A program made the position numbers and the translations under genes. From positions 8,513 to 72,512 of the forward strand of contig JAOZUQ010000004.1 in the NCBI GenBank assembly GCA_029938635.1: DNA of 64,000 nt. Direction: 5' to 3'. Within the stretch, counting starts at the first letter, position 1. Each line of letters opens with the position of its first letter. Below, piece by piece: positions 1-9,401 of the stretch. Source of the stretch: Candidatus Aminicenantes bacterium (GTDB taxonomy: Bacteria > Acidobacteriota > Aminicenantia > UBA2199). Under the pieces are notes generated by a model. That model saw only the letters and a list, made by a program, of their open reading frames with translations, was not told the DNA's origin and did no database searches.

Positions 1-2256
1 GTGGCTGAAATGAACAACAATGAGGTCATTAAGCATGTGAGGGGAGAATCTCAATTTATTGATGACCTGAAACTTCCTCATGATATTCTTTATGGGACTG
101 TTCTTACTTCTGAAATACCGCATGGAAAGATCGAAAAAATAGATCTGGGAAATGCCCTTTCTATCAAAGGGGTAGTACAAATAATAGACCATCATGATAT
201 CCCGGGTGAGAATCAGATTGGTGCAATTATCAGAGATGAAGAATTATTGTCTGAAGGTATAGTAAAATTTGCCGGAGAGCCTATCCTTTTAATCTTATCA
301 GAGAGTCTTGATTCCGGAAGAGAGGCTTTGAAGGAGATCAAGGTTGACATATCACCTATTCCTGCAATTACAGACCCGAGAGAGTCGTTTCGAGCAGGCA
401 ATCTGATCGTTCCGCCTAGGACGTTTGATTATGGTGATACCGATTCTGCCTGGGAGAAGTGTGAGATTGTGGCTGAAGGGAGAGTTGAATCCGGAGGTCA
501 GGAACATTTTTATATGGAAACTCAGGCATCACTTGCGTACCCTGTTGAGAAGGATAGTGTGAAAGTTCTCTCTTCCACACAATCACCAACTGCCGTTCAG
601 AAAACTGTATCAGGTATCCTCGGGATACCCATGAACAGGGTTGAGGTAGATGTCAGGAGGCTCGGAGGCGGTTTCGGAGGAAAAGAAGATCAGGCAACAC
701 CCTGGGCTGCAATGGCTGCACTGGGTGCTTATATAACCAAAAGGCCTGTTAAAATTGTATTATCAAGATCAGACGATATCCGGAATACAGGCAAGAGGCA
801 CCCGTTCTCATCAGATTTTAAGATAGGGCTTGACAGTTCAGGGAAGATAATTGCCTATGAAGCAACCTTTTATCAGAATTGCGGAGCTTATGCAGATTTA
901 TCAACGGCTATCCTTGAGAGGGCACTCTTTCATGCAACAAATTCATATTATATACCTAACGTCAGAGTGACTGGGATAAGCTGTTATACAAATCTTCCCC
1001 CTTTTACTGCATTCAGAGGTTTCGGAGGGCCGCAGGCGATGTTTGTTATTGAATCAGCAATAAGTAAAGCGGCAACTGAAATTAATATGAGTGCCAGAAA
1101 GATTCAGGAGATGAACCTTCTGAAGGAAGGGGATGTTTTTCCTTATGGAATGGTAACTGAAAACTGTAATATATCAGCAACATGGAAAAAGCTCGAGGAA
1201 AAATTTCAGGTCGAAGAAACTTATAAAAAGATCGGTGAGTTCAACCGTAAAAATGATCATATTAAAAAAGGGGCGGCTGTTATGCCGGTATCATTCGGGA
1301 TCTCTTTTACAAATAAAATGTTGAACCAGGCAGGGGCTCTTGTCCATATTTATACAGATGGAAGTGTGTCGGTCAGTACAGGTGCAGTCGAGATGGGGCA
1401 AGGTGTGAACAAGAAGATGATAAATGTAGCAGCTGAGACCCTTTCCATCCCATCTTCACGAGTGAGGGTTGAGACCACCAACACTACCAGAGTTGCCAAT
1501 ACTTCACCTACAGCAGCAAGTTCCGGTGCCGACCTGAACGGTATGGCTACCAGATCAGCCTGTATCGGGCTTGTTAAGAGATTACGTTCCGTTGCTGCAA
1601 AAAGTATGGGTGTTGATATTGATCAAATCAAATTTGAAAGTGGAAAAGTGTTCAATACTGGTAATGGTCAATCTATTATGTGGGAAGAACTTATCGGCAA
1701 AGCTTATGCAGAGCGTGTATCACTCACATCCCAGGCTTATTATGCAACTCCGGATATTTATTTTGATAAAACCAAAGAGAGAGGGAAACCTTTCGCTTAT
1801 CATGTGTTCGGTACCGCCCTGATTGAAGCGGAGTTGGATGTTTTGAGAGGTGTTTATAAATTCAACAGAGTGAGCATTGTTCATGATACCGGGAAAAGTC
1901 TTGATCAGCAGACCGATCTGGGGCAGATTGAGGGGGGATTCATTCAGGGATTAGGCTGGGTGACCGTTGAGGAATTATTATTTGAGGAGGGCGGAAAGAT
2001 AATTACAGGAGGCTCTTCCACATATAAAGTGCCGGATATTAAATTTATTCCTGATGAGATAAATGTGGAAATGATGCAGGATCTTAAGAATCCGTATGCA
2101 GTTCTCGGGTCAAAAGCTGTTGGCGAGCCCCCGTTTATGTATGGTATCGGCGGGTATCTTGCAGTCAGGGAGTGTCTCTTTGCAGCAAAACCTGATGTTC
2201 AACTTAAATATGACTGCCCGTTGACACCTGAAAAGATTACTATTTCCTTAATGTAG
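1..2256 (+). CDS. Xanthine dehydrogenase / aldehyde oxidase family molybdopterin-binding large subunit. Probably 5' partial at the window edge (GTG at position 1).
   Basis: 751-aa ORF with the GGGFGGKE motif and other conserved Mo-co binding blocks typical of the XdhA/CoxL family. Reading frame is open to the window start. Confidence 0.8.
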   Translation: MAEMNNNEVIKHVRGESQFIDDLKLPHDILYGTVLTSEIPHGKIEKIDLGNALSIKGVVQIIDHHDIPGENQIGAIIRDEELLSEGIVKFAGEPILLILSESLDSGREALKEIKVDISPIPAITDPRESFRAGNLIVPPRTFDYGDTDSAWEKCEIVAEGRVESGGQEHFYMETQASLAYPVEKDSVKVLSSTQSPTAVQKTVSGILGIPMNRVEVDVRRLGGGFGGKEDQATPWAAMAALGAYITKRPVKIVLSRSDDIRNTGKRHPFSSDFKIGLDSSGKIIAYEATFYQNCGAYADLSTAILERALFHATNSYYIPNVRVTGISCYTNLPPFTAFRGFGGPQAMFVIESAISKAATEINMSARKIQEMNLLKEGDVFPYGMVTENCNISATWKKLEEKFQVEETYKKIGEFNRKNDHIKKGAAVMPVSFGISFTNKMLNQAGALVHIYTDGSVSVSTGAVEMGQGVNKKMINVAAETLSIPSSRVRVETTNTTRVANTSPTAASSGADLNGMATRSACIGLVKRLRSVAAKSMGVDIDQIKFESGKVFNTGNGQSIMWEELIGKAYAERVSLTSQAYYATPDIYFDKTKERGKPFAYHVFGTALIEAELDVLRGVYKFNRVSIVHDTGKSLDQQTDLGQIEGGFIQGLGWVTVEELLFEEGGKIITGGSSTYKVPDIKFIPDEINVEMMQDLKNPYAVLGSKAVGEPPFMYGIGGYLAVRECLFAAKPDVQLKYDCPLTPEKITISLM

Positions 2257-2270
2257 TGATTAAGCCTGGA

Positions 2271-2747
2271 TCAGAAACCGATCCCGACCTGAACACCTAC
2301 AACATTACTTGCAAAAAGGTCATTAAAAGGAGTTATAATGTATACTCTGAACTTGAAGTTGTCTCCCCTGAATCCTCCATTCACTTTCAGAGCAAAATCC
2401 GAGGACTCTCCGAAATCGTTTCCGGAAATTATAATGAATTTTGATAATCCTGCTCCGGCAAATAAAGTTCCTAACTTGAAATTTGCCATAACCGCCGGCT
2501 CAAGCAGGAAAGTTGAGAATTCAAATTTATAGGTAATAACGTTAAGTTCCGGGCTTATCATGAACAGGTCATTTATGCTGAAATCAATATTTGCACCCAT
2601 GGTCCATACATAAAAATCGAAGCTGAATGAGTCATCTGTCATCATTCCGAAGTTAGCAAAGAACTTGGTTGAGTCTGCTTTCAGATCGCCGGAAAAAGCA
2701 ACAGATAAAATAATAAAGATCAGAATTAATGGTAATAGCTTTTTCAT
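2271..2747 (-). CDS. Small exported protein, possible outer-membrane beta-barrel (C-terminal Phe).
   Basis: 158 aa with an N-terminal signal peptide (MKKLLPLILIFIILSVAFSG). Alternating amphipathic strands, ends ...VGIGF. AGGAGA RBS upstream. Confidence 0.4.
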   Translation of the reverse strand: MKKLLPLILIFIILSVAFSGDLKADSTKFFANFGMMTDDSFSFDFYVWTMGANIDFSINDLFMISPELNVITYKFEFSTFLLEPAVMANFKLGTLFAGAGLSKFIIISGNDFGESSDFALKVNGGFRGDNFKFRVYIITPFNDLFASNVVGVQVGIGF

Positions 2748-2771
2748 GTTTTCTCCTGTTTGAAAAGGGGT

Positions 2772-3239
2772 CTAAAACTCGAAACCAATTTGTGCGGATA
2801 CCCAATTATCTCCAAAAAGATCATCGAAAGGAGAGAAGTGGATAATTCGCAGGACCATATCTCCAAGCCTGAATCCGATATTGATCTTAAGGCCTGTAAA
2901 TTCCTCGACCAATTCATCTCCGGCTATTCTGAACAATCTCATCGGGCCTGCTCCTATAAATGCATTGTTGAGCTTAAGGTTTAATATAATAGCAGGTTCA
3001 AAATAGATCACCTTGCAGATCGGTTTGACAAAAATATTTGCTTCCGGGGTTATCATAAAAACTTTTGAAAAGTGATAGTCCCAATTTACTCCAAAATAAA
3101 AGAACAGGTTCTGGGTTGTATCATTGTACAAAAGTCCGTATTTGTGAAAAAGCCTGTTGTAGTCCTTTCCCGAAACGGTCATTGTAGATATGGAAAAAAG
3201 TATTAAAATCAGGGTCAAGATAATTATTAATTTTTTCAA
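2772..3239 (-). CDS. Paralog of the preceding small exported OMP-like protein. TTG start after a GGGAGG RBS.
   Basis: 155 aa with a signal peptide, ends ...IGFEF. Shares blocks with the 2271..2747 product (FSxDFY, LGTLFAGAG vs NNAFIGAGP, FKxRVYIITPFNDLF vs LRIIHFSPFDDLF). Confidence 0.4.
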   Translation of the reverse strand: MKKLIIILTLILILFSISTMTVSGKDYNRLFHKYGLLYNDTTQNLFFYFGVNWDYHFSKVFMITPEANIFVKPICKVIYFEPAIILNLKLNNAFIGAGPMRLFRIAGDELVEEFTGLKINIGFRLGDMVLRIIHFSPFDDLFGDNWVSAQIGFEF

Positions 3240-3364
3240 AATTTCCTCCCTCTTGATTTAATTATAACAAAAAGGAGAAAAAGAAATCAATAGAAATAGA
3301 TTTGCTGTTCAATTTATTTGAATTTTGCTTTTAGAAGAAGTGAACATTATGTTATAATTTCAGC

Positions 3365-5872
3365 ATGAGAAAACACAATGATCTTTATGTCAGGATCACC
3401 CTGTTTGTCATCATAACCCTGGGTTTTCTTCTGAGGATAAATCACTGGTTTGATTTTCTCGGAGCAGATGAAATTGGGAAGACAGGGCTCATGACATGGT
3501 CATGGGATTTTCATAAAGATCCTTTCCCGATCCATTATTATCCCCCATTCTTTATGTATCTTAACTTTGTTTTTTCTTTTATCCTTAATAAACTGGTAAT
3601 ATTTCTCGGGATTATAGATTTTAATAATATTTTCCAGAATACTGATTTTGGTTTCATATTTACACTTAAGACCGGGAGGATCCTTTCTGCAATTTTCGGA
3701 ACATTCAATATCTATATGGTATATCTGCTTGGAAAAGAGTTCTTTAATAAATATGCGGGGATTTCAGCCGCTTTGCTGCTGTCGGTATTCTGGCCTCATG
3801 TCATAGACTCACACAACTTTAAGTCCGATGTGCTTCTTACACTTCTGATCACGATTGTTGTATATTATGCATTAAAATTTCTCAGGACAAAAAACAAACT
3901 TAATTTATTCCTGGCTTCATTTTTTTTCGGGCTTTCGGTAGCAGCAAAATTCAATGGTGTATTCTTCGGGATCGTATTACTGATCCCTCTTTTCTATCTC
4001 CGAAAAGAATTCTCTTTTGTTAAAGGCTTTTTTTATGTAGCTGTAGGGAGTGCAGCAGGATTCTTTTCCGGAGCACCAAACTGGCTGGTCCACCCGGTAA
4101 GCAATATTAAGGTAACACTTAAATATTTGAGTAGACTTTCAGAGGAACTTGTCTGGTATGATCCCTTCCCTTCATCATTTATCCTGTATGGCAAGAATTT
4201 GTTGGAACATTTCGGGATATTGCTGATCATTATTTTTATTGCCGGTATGATTTTGTCTTTTATAAGGAAAAACAGAGAAGCTGTTTTAATCTCGTTTTCA
4301 TTATTGGTTTATTTTATTATGGCAGGCAGGGAAAATTATCTGAATTACAGAGCAATCCTGCCCCTCATCCCACTGGTAGCTATAATAATAGGAAAAGTTA
4401 TCTTTGTAGATACAAAAGAACTTTTTCGCGGGAGCCGGATTCGGTGGAGTGTTACTGCTCTGCTTCTAATTCCGGTTTCTATCTATTCCTTTGTTAATTT
4501 CACAAGGAGTTACAAAAGCTTTGATCTGCTGAAAGGGATAGCATCACATCCGGTCAGGGAGAGAGCCGGGATCGGCGAACCGGACTATTCGGCATATTAT
4601 ATGAGAAATCACTTTGGGAGATCCAGTTTCACTTTCCGTGAAATGTGGACCCCACCGGCTGTAGGATTCAGGGGATCTGTGTTCGGAAGGGATGTTACGA
4701 AGGTCCCGGAAAAAATGTTCACAGGGAAAAGAAAATTTGATTTCCTTATAACTAGTTTCAGAACTGATTATATTTTACGTAAGACAAAGAGCATGAAGTT
4801 TAAAAATGCAGCAAAAAACAGGCTGAAAAATTATTCTCCTTTTTATGAGGTTGAAAGGCCGGCAATTTTCACCTGGAGTGATGATATTCTTTTCTGGTAT
4901 AGAAAACCGAATTATATAAAAGGAAATTTGAGATTGGATAAAGGGATGCCGCTTCCCCGTACATTTGTACCGTTGAACGAGAATCCTTCCATTCACCTTC
5001 CTCTTCAAAGATATGAAAAGGATCCGTGTTACGGAGTTGTAAAGAATGGGATTGCAGGGAAATATATTTTTTCAAAGAAGGAAATTGAAAAGATAGTTTT
5101 CAGTTTTATTTCAAGAGAAAAATTAAAGTTAAAAGTTGATGTGAACGGGGAAAAAGCGGTTCATATTTCAGAAAAAGGTGCTTACACATGCAGCATTGAA
5201 ATATCCGATATGGTCCCACAGGAATTCAGTAAAACTGCTATAAGAAAATTGTTTGAAGCTTCTCTGGATCCGGATGAACTGAAAAAAGAATACTTTATTT
5301 ATAAAATAGAGATCAGGTCTAATACCCATGACAATATTCCATATACTTTTAGTGTTGAATATACCGGGGAGGGGATTTCGAAGACAGAATACAAAAGACC
5401 TGTAGATGAAATCCATGATACTCAGGGAGAAATTCCGGAACTGTTCAGCGATAGTGTGACCCCTCGTTGGGTGAAAACTTTTTTCAAAAGAAATGGAGTT
5501 GACCTGATTCTTCTCTCATATATTAATTCTCTGACGATCTATGAGAATAAAAATAGTTCTATTGATAAAATTGACACAGGATATATGCCGATAAATTGCG
5601 GGCAGTATAATGTGGCAGTTGTTTCTGAGCAAATTGTAAGGAATTCACCGGCATATAAAAAAGGAGAGCTGAAAATTATTCTGATATCAGGTGAGTCCAG
5701 AGAAGAGATAAATCTGGATCCTGGAGATGGAGATTCAGGAAAAGATATATATTTCAAACATGAGTCAGGGTTCTTCCGAATAATCAGTTCAGGGATAAGA
5801 GATTCAAATCTTATGATTAAAAAGATCACAATTGTCCCTGACTTTAAAAAAAGTATTAGAAAATTGCAATAA
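3365..5872 (+). CDS. GT-C fold integral membrane glycosyltransferase (PMT / ArnT / GT39-GT83-like) with a large C-terminal soluble domain.
   Basis: 835 aa. About 11 TM helices in the N-terminal 400 aa, with a DE pair (GADEIGKTG) in the first extracytoplasmic loop as in PMT/ArnT-type GT-C enzymes. About 400-aa hydrophilic C-terminal domain. Confidence 0.45.
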   Translation: MRKHNDLYVRITLFVIITLGFLLRINHWFDFLGADEIGKTGLMTWSWDFHKDPFPIHYYPPFFMYLNFVFSFILNKLVIFLGIIDFNNIFQNTDFGFIFTLKTGRILSAIFGTFNIYMVYLLGKEFFNKYAGISAALLLSVFWPHVIDSHNFKSDVLLTLLITIVVYYALKFLRTKNKLNLFLASFFFGLSVAAKFNGVFFGIVLLIPLFYLRKEFSFVKGFFYVAVGSAAGFFSGAPNWLVHPVSNIKVTLKYLSRLSEELVWYDPFPSSFILYGKNLLEHFGILLIIIFIAGMILSFIRKNREAVLISFSLLVYFIMAGRENYLNYRAILPLIPLVAIIIGKVIFVDTKELFRGSRIRWSVTALLLIPVSIYSFVNFTRSYKSFDLLKGIASHPVRERAGIGEPDYSAYYMRNHFGRSSFTFREMWTPPAVGFRGSVFGRDVTKVPEKMFTGKRKFDFLITSFRTDYILRKTKSMKFKNAAKNRLKNYSPFYEVERPAIFTWSDDILFWYRKPNYIKGNLRLDKGMPLPRTFVPLNENPSIHLPLQRYEKDPCYGVVKNGIAGKYIFSKKEIEKIVFSFISREKLKLKVDVNGEKAVHISEKGAYTCSIEISDMVPQEFSKTAIRKLFEASLDPDELKKEYFIYKIEIRSNTHDNIPYTFSVEYTGEGISKTEYKRPVDEIHDTQGEIPELFSDSVTPRWVKTFFKRNGVDLILLSYINSLTIYENKNSSIDKIDTGYMPINCGQYNVAVVSEQIVRNSPAYKKGELKIILISGESREEINLDPGDGDSGKDIYFKHESGFFRIISSGIRDSNLMIKKITIVPDFKKSIRKLQ

Positions 5873-6001
5873 GTGAGAAAAAGGTGAAGGGTTTTTATCA
5901 ATTTTAAGTAATTTAGAAAGCTTGGGACACTAAAGATCAATTTGACCTGAACTTGAATTTATGGTATTTAAAAACCTCGGATTTTGTTAAAAGGAGTCCC
6001 T

Positions 6002-6781
6002 TTGTTTAAAAATATAATGAAGAATAACAGGCGTGTAATTTTATCATTTGATGTAGATGGAGAGAGAGCTTTTAGTTCATTTGATAAAATGGAAAAGGAT
6101 ATCTTTCTTGATGATGGCGTTCCTGCGATTACAGGTTTTCTTAAAAAGAACGGACTTGATGCTACATTCTTTGCTGTCGGAAAGAATATCCAGGATTTTC
6201 CCCGGACACATGAATTGTTAAAAGATTTCGAGATCGGGAATCATACTTTTTCACATCCAAGATATTTGACAAAAAAAAGTTATAAAGAAAAGGAAGCTGA
6301 GATAAAGAAAAATCATGAAATCATTGAAAAGTTTTTCGGTGTTTCACCAACAATGTTTCGTGCTCCTGATTATTCAATAGATGGTGATATTTTAGATATC
6401 CTCAGGGATATGGATTATATCGGTGATTCTTCTTTGATCAGGGTTCTCCTTCCGTTCAGATATTTTACTAATTATATAAAACAAAGGAAACTGGCATTAC
6501 AAGAGATGGAAATACCCATGACAAGTTTTGTAATTCCATTTAACGGAACATCTGTGATCTCTTTAGGTATGACATATGCAAAAACAATATTTAATATTCT
6601 TCTCATGTTCAACAGGACTATTGTTCTTAATTTCCATCCGAGAGATTTTGTGAATATTGATATTAAAGATATAGGATTTATGAACAGGGATAAGGCCCTG
6701 GATACTTCCATGGAATTTCTTGACTATATAAAAGGAAAATGTGAGATTCAAAGCTTCAGGCAGTACTATAGTAATAAATAA
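6002..6781 (+). CDS. Polysaccharide deacetylase (CE4 / NodB homology domain).
   Basis: VILSFDVDGE and IGNHTFSHP motifs (Asp-Asp and His-His metal/catalytic motifs of CE4). The start is uncertain: TTG 6002 is 6 nt after GGAG; alternatives are TTG 5984 or ATG 6017. Confidence 0.6.
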   Translation: MFKNIMKNNRRVILSFDVDGERAFSSFDKMEKDIFLDDGVPAITGFLKKNGLDATFFAVGKNIQDFPRTHELLKDFEIGNHTFSHPRYLTKKSYKEKEAEIKKNHEIIEKFFGVSPTMFRAPDYSIDGDILDILRDMDYIGDSSLIRVLLPFRYFTNYIKQRKLALQEMEIPMTSFVIPFNGTSVISLGMTYAKTIFNILLMFNRTIVLNFHPRDFVNIDIKDIGFMNRDKALDTSMEFLDYIKGKCEIQSFRQYYSNK

Positions 6782-6821
6782 CCTATGAAAGCTGTAAATT
6801 GAAAATTATTGAGGTGAAATT

Positions 6822-8618
6822 ATGAATATACTTGGAATTATTTATCATCCTGAGTTTGCTCACCCTTCAGCATGTTTGCTGAAGGATGGTAAATTGATAA
6901 GTTTTATAGAAGAAGAAAGGTTAATAAGAGTGAAGCAGGCATCAGGTTATTTCCCATCTAAATCGGTTGCTTTTTGCCTGAAACAGGGTGGTCTCGATCT
7001 GAATGATGTTGATCTTATAGCTGTCGGATGGGATTCTAATTATTATAAAGTTAAATATCCGCTTTTCCTGATGAGGTCTTTTCTCAAATTCAAATTATTC
7101 GGGAAAAAGGGAAATAGTTTAAAGAAGATCAGTAAAGGGAGAAAGAATCTCGGATCAGGTGTTATCTCGGGATTTAAAGATATCCTTAATTACCATCCTA
7201 AAAATATTGAGCAGAATATTGTTTTCGGGCTTAATGATGCCGGATATGCAGGACAGAAAATCCCACCGGTCATATATGTGAAACACCATTATGCTCATGC
7301 AGCTTCTGCATATTACAGTTCGGGATTTGAAGATTCGGCAATCCTTGTTTTTGATGGACATGGTGAAAATTCAACGATCACGATCTGGTCAGGGAAAGAG
7401 AAAAAGATCAAATTATTGAAAGAGATCAGCATTCCAAACTCCCTCGGATGGTTCTATTCTGCATTTACTGAGTATCTCGGTTGGGGCCCTAACGAAGGAG
7501 AAGTGAAGCTTATGGGACTTGCTCCTTTCGGGAAACAGAATCCGGAGATAAAAAAACTTGTTGATGAAGTAGTTGTCCTTACAGACAATGGAGTAAAAAT
7601 TAATCCTGAGTATCTTTTCTACAATAAGAGGACATACGGCTATTTTTACAGTGATCTTATCGTTGAAAAATTCGGCCCTCCGAAGAAAAAGGGGGAGGAA
7701 TTTACACAGCATCATAAAGATCTTGCATTTGCAGTTCAGTCAAAACTTGAAGAGGCCGGAATACATCTTGCAAATGCAGCTGTCAAAATGGCAGGCAGTG
7801 CAAACCTCTGCCTCTCAGGTGGTGTAGCTCTTAATTGTAAAATGAATGGTGAGATTCATAAACATTCGAATGCAAAGGAGATGTTTGTCCAGCCTATTTC
7901 ACATGATGCGGGAGTTTCACTCGGAGCGGCAATGGCAATTGCAATGGAAAAAGGAGACGATCCCCGCTATAAAATGGATCATGTCTATTTTGGTACATCC
8001 TTTACTGATGCTCAGATCGAAAAGGTCCTGGTAAGAAACAAAGTAAACTTTGAAAAACGAAAAGATATTACGAAATATGGCGCGAAAAAAATTAAAGATG
8101 GAAAAATCGTAGGATGGTTCCAGGGTGCAATGGAGGCAGGCCCCAGAGCTCTTGGCGGAAGGTCGATCCTGGCAGATCCGAGTGATCCGGATATGAAAGA
8201 TAAGGTGAACGATTTTGTCAAATTCCGTGAAAACTGGAGACCATTCGCTTTATCTCTTCTTGAAGAGTATAAAGATAAATATCTGAAGAAACCTGCAGAT
8301 TCACCATTTATGATAATGGCTTTTGATGTTCCTGAAGATAAGTATAAGGAGATTCAGAGTGCAATGCACTGGATCGACAATACTACAAGGCCTCAAACTG
8401 TCAGTAAAAAAACAAATAAGATCTACTGGGAAGTTATTGATGAATTCAGGAAGATTTCCGGTATTCCCGGGGTTCTTAACACCTCCTTCAATATTAAGGG
8501 AGAGCCGATAGTCAGTTCTCCGGAAGATGCTTTGAGGTGTTTTTACGGGACCGGGATGGATGTCCTGATAATTGGTAATTTTGTGATTGATAAAGAAAAG
8601 TGTAAGCCTGTTAGATAA
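6822..8618 (+). CDS. Carbamoyltransferase, NodU/CmcH (HypF-like) family.
   Basis: 598 aa. N-terminal MNILGIIYHPEFAHPSACLLKDGKLISFIEEER... and VKHHYAHAASAYY blocks are typical of NodU/NovN O-carbamoyltransferases. GAGGTGA RBS. Confidence 0.7.
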   Translation: MNILGIIYHPEFAHPSACLLKDGKLISFIEEERLIRVKQASGYFPSKSVAFCLKQGGLDLNDVDLIAVGWDSNYYKVKYPLFLMRSFLKFKLFGKKGNSLKKISKGRKNLGSGVISGFKDILNYHPKNIEQNIVFGLNDAGYAGQKIPPVIYVKHHYAHAASAYYSSGFEDSAILVFDGHGENSTITIWSGKEKKIKLLKEISIPNSLGWFYSAFTEYLGWGPNEGEVKLMGLAPFGKQNPEIKKLVDEVVVLTDNGVKINPEYLFYNKRTYGYFYSDLIVEKFGPPKKKGEEFTQHHKDLAFAVQSKLEEAGIHLANAAVKMAGSANLCLSGGVALNCKMNGEIHKHSNAKEMFVQPISHDAGVSLGAAMAIAMEKGDDPRYKMDHVYFGTSFTDAQIEKVLVRNKVNFEKRKDITKYGAKKIKDGKIVGWFQGAMEAGPRALGGRSILADPSDPDMKDKVNDFVKFRENWRPFALSLLEEYKDKYLKKPADSPFMIMAFDVPEDKYKEIQSAMHWIDNTTRPQTVSKKTNKIYWEVIDEFRKISGIPGVLNTSFNIKGEPIVSSPEDALRCFYGTGMDVLIIGNFVIDKEKCKPVR

Positions 8619-8639
8619 ACAGAAAAGGCTTTGTGATTT

Positions 8640-9401
8640 TTAGTTTCCCGGATCTTTAACACATCTGAATCCGAGCCAGGGGAGCGACCGTTTTACAGGA
8701 AAGGGTGTCCGGGTGGAATATTTTATATCATTTCTGATGTTAGTCCATGCACCACCTCTGATTACTCCTACCTTCTGGCTGTTCCTGTTTTTCCCGATCA
8801 ATAGATCAGTCGGATAAGCACTTGTTGTCCACTCGAAAATATTCCCTATATGATCATAAAATCCTATATCATTTGGTGGAGTTGAAAAAACAGGAGAAAT
8901 GGTTTTTCTCTCCATCTCAAAAAAAACACCGTTTTTTTCTTTGTAGAACATGGAAAGGGTCGATTGATAGTCTTTCTTCAATGCCCTTGCAGCAATTTCC
9001 CATTCCCATTCTGTCGGAAGCCTTTTGCCGGCGAATTCAGCATATCTCTCAGCATCTTTAAGACTAACTCCCGTTACCGGATTTGCCGGCATCTTTTCAG
9101 CCGAAGTTTTATTGAATTTCCCATCCGGCTGAAAGTCTGTTCTCTCCAAAAAAACAAGAAATTGGGAATTCGTAACAGGATGTATATCTATATAAAAACC
9201 TTCAAATACCCTCTTTGTGGGAGGAGATTTATCTCTGGAACCCTTGTCTCCGGTAAAATATTCACCTTTCGGAATGAAGATCATTGATGATCCTCCCGGT
9301 TTGAGAGATTCCAGATACCGGCTCTGATTCTTCAAATTCATATAGGATGATGGTAGCAGCATGTAAAATGAGAAAATTAAGATTAATAATTGTTTTTTCA
9401 T
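8640..9401 (-). CDS. FGE-sulfatase (SUMF1/formylglycine-generating-enzyme-like) domain protein, secreted.
   Basis: 253 aa with a signal peptide. Blocks GFYIDIHPVTNSQF, GVSLKDAERYAEFAGKRLPTEWEWEIAAR, GNIFEWT and RGGAWTN...GFRCV match the FGE-sulfatase domain family. 4-bp overlap with the upstream gene. Confidence 0.65.
   Translation of the reverse strand: MKKQLLILIFSFYMLLPSSYMNLKNQSRYLESLKPGGSSMIFIPKGEYFTGDKGSRDKSPPTKRVFEGFYIDIHPVTNSQFLVFLERTDFQPDGKFNKTSAEKMPANPVTGVSLKDAERYAEFAGKRLPTEWEWEIAARALKKDYQSTLSMFYKEKNGVFFEMERKTISPVFSTPPNDIGFYDHIGNIFEWTTSAYPTDLLIGKNRNSQKVGVIRGGAWTNIRNDIKYSTRTPFPVKRSLPWLGFRCVKDPGN

Noticed and set aside
213-401. Numerous 60-130-aa ORFs in the six-frame track lying inside or antisense to large genes (e.g. 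213..401, 1571..1822, 17718..18071, 20873..21106, 33801..34133).
   Set aside because: They are fully contained within well-supported longer CDSs, lack RBSs, and have low-complexity or atypical composition. Treated as spurious shadow ORFs.
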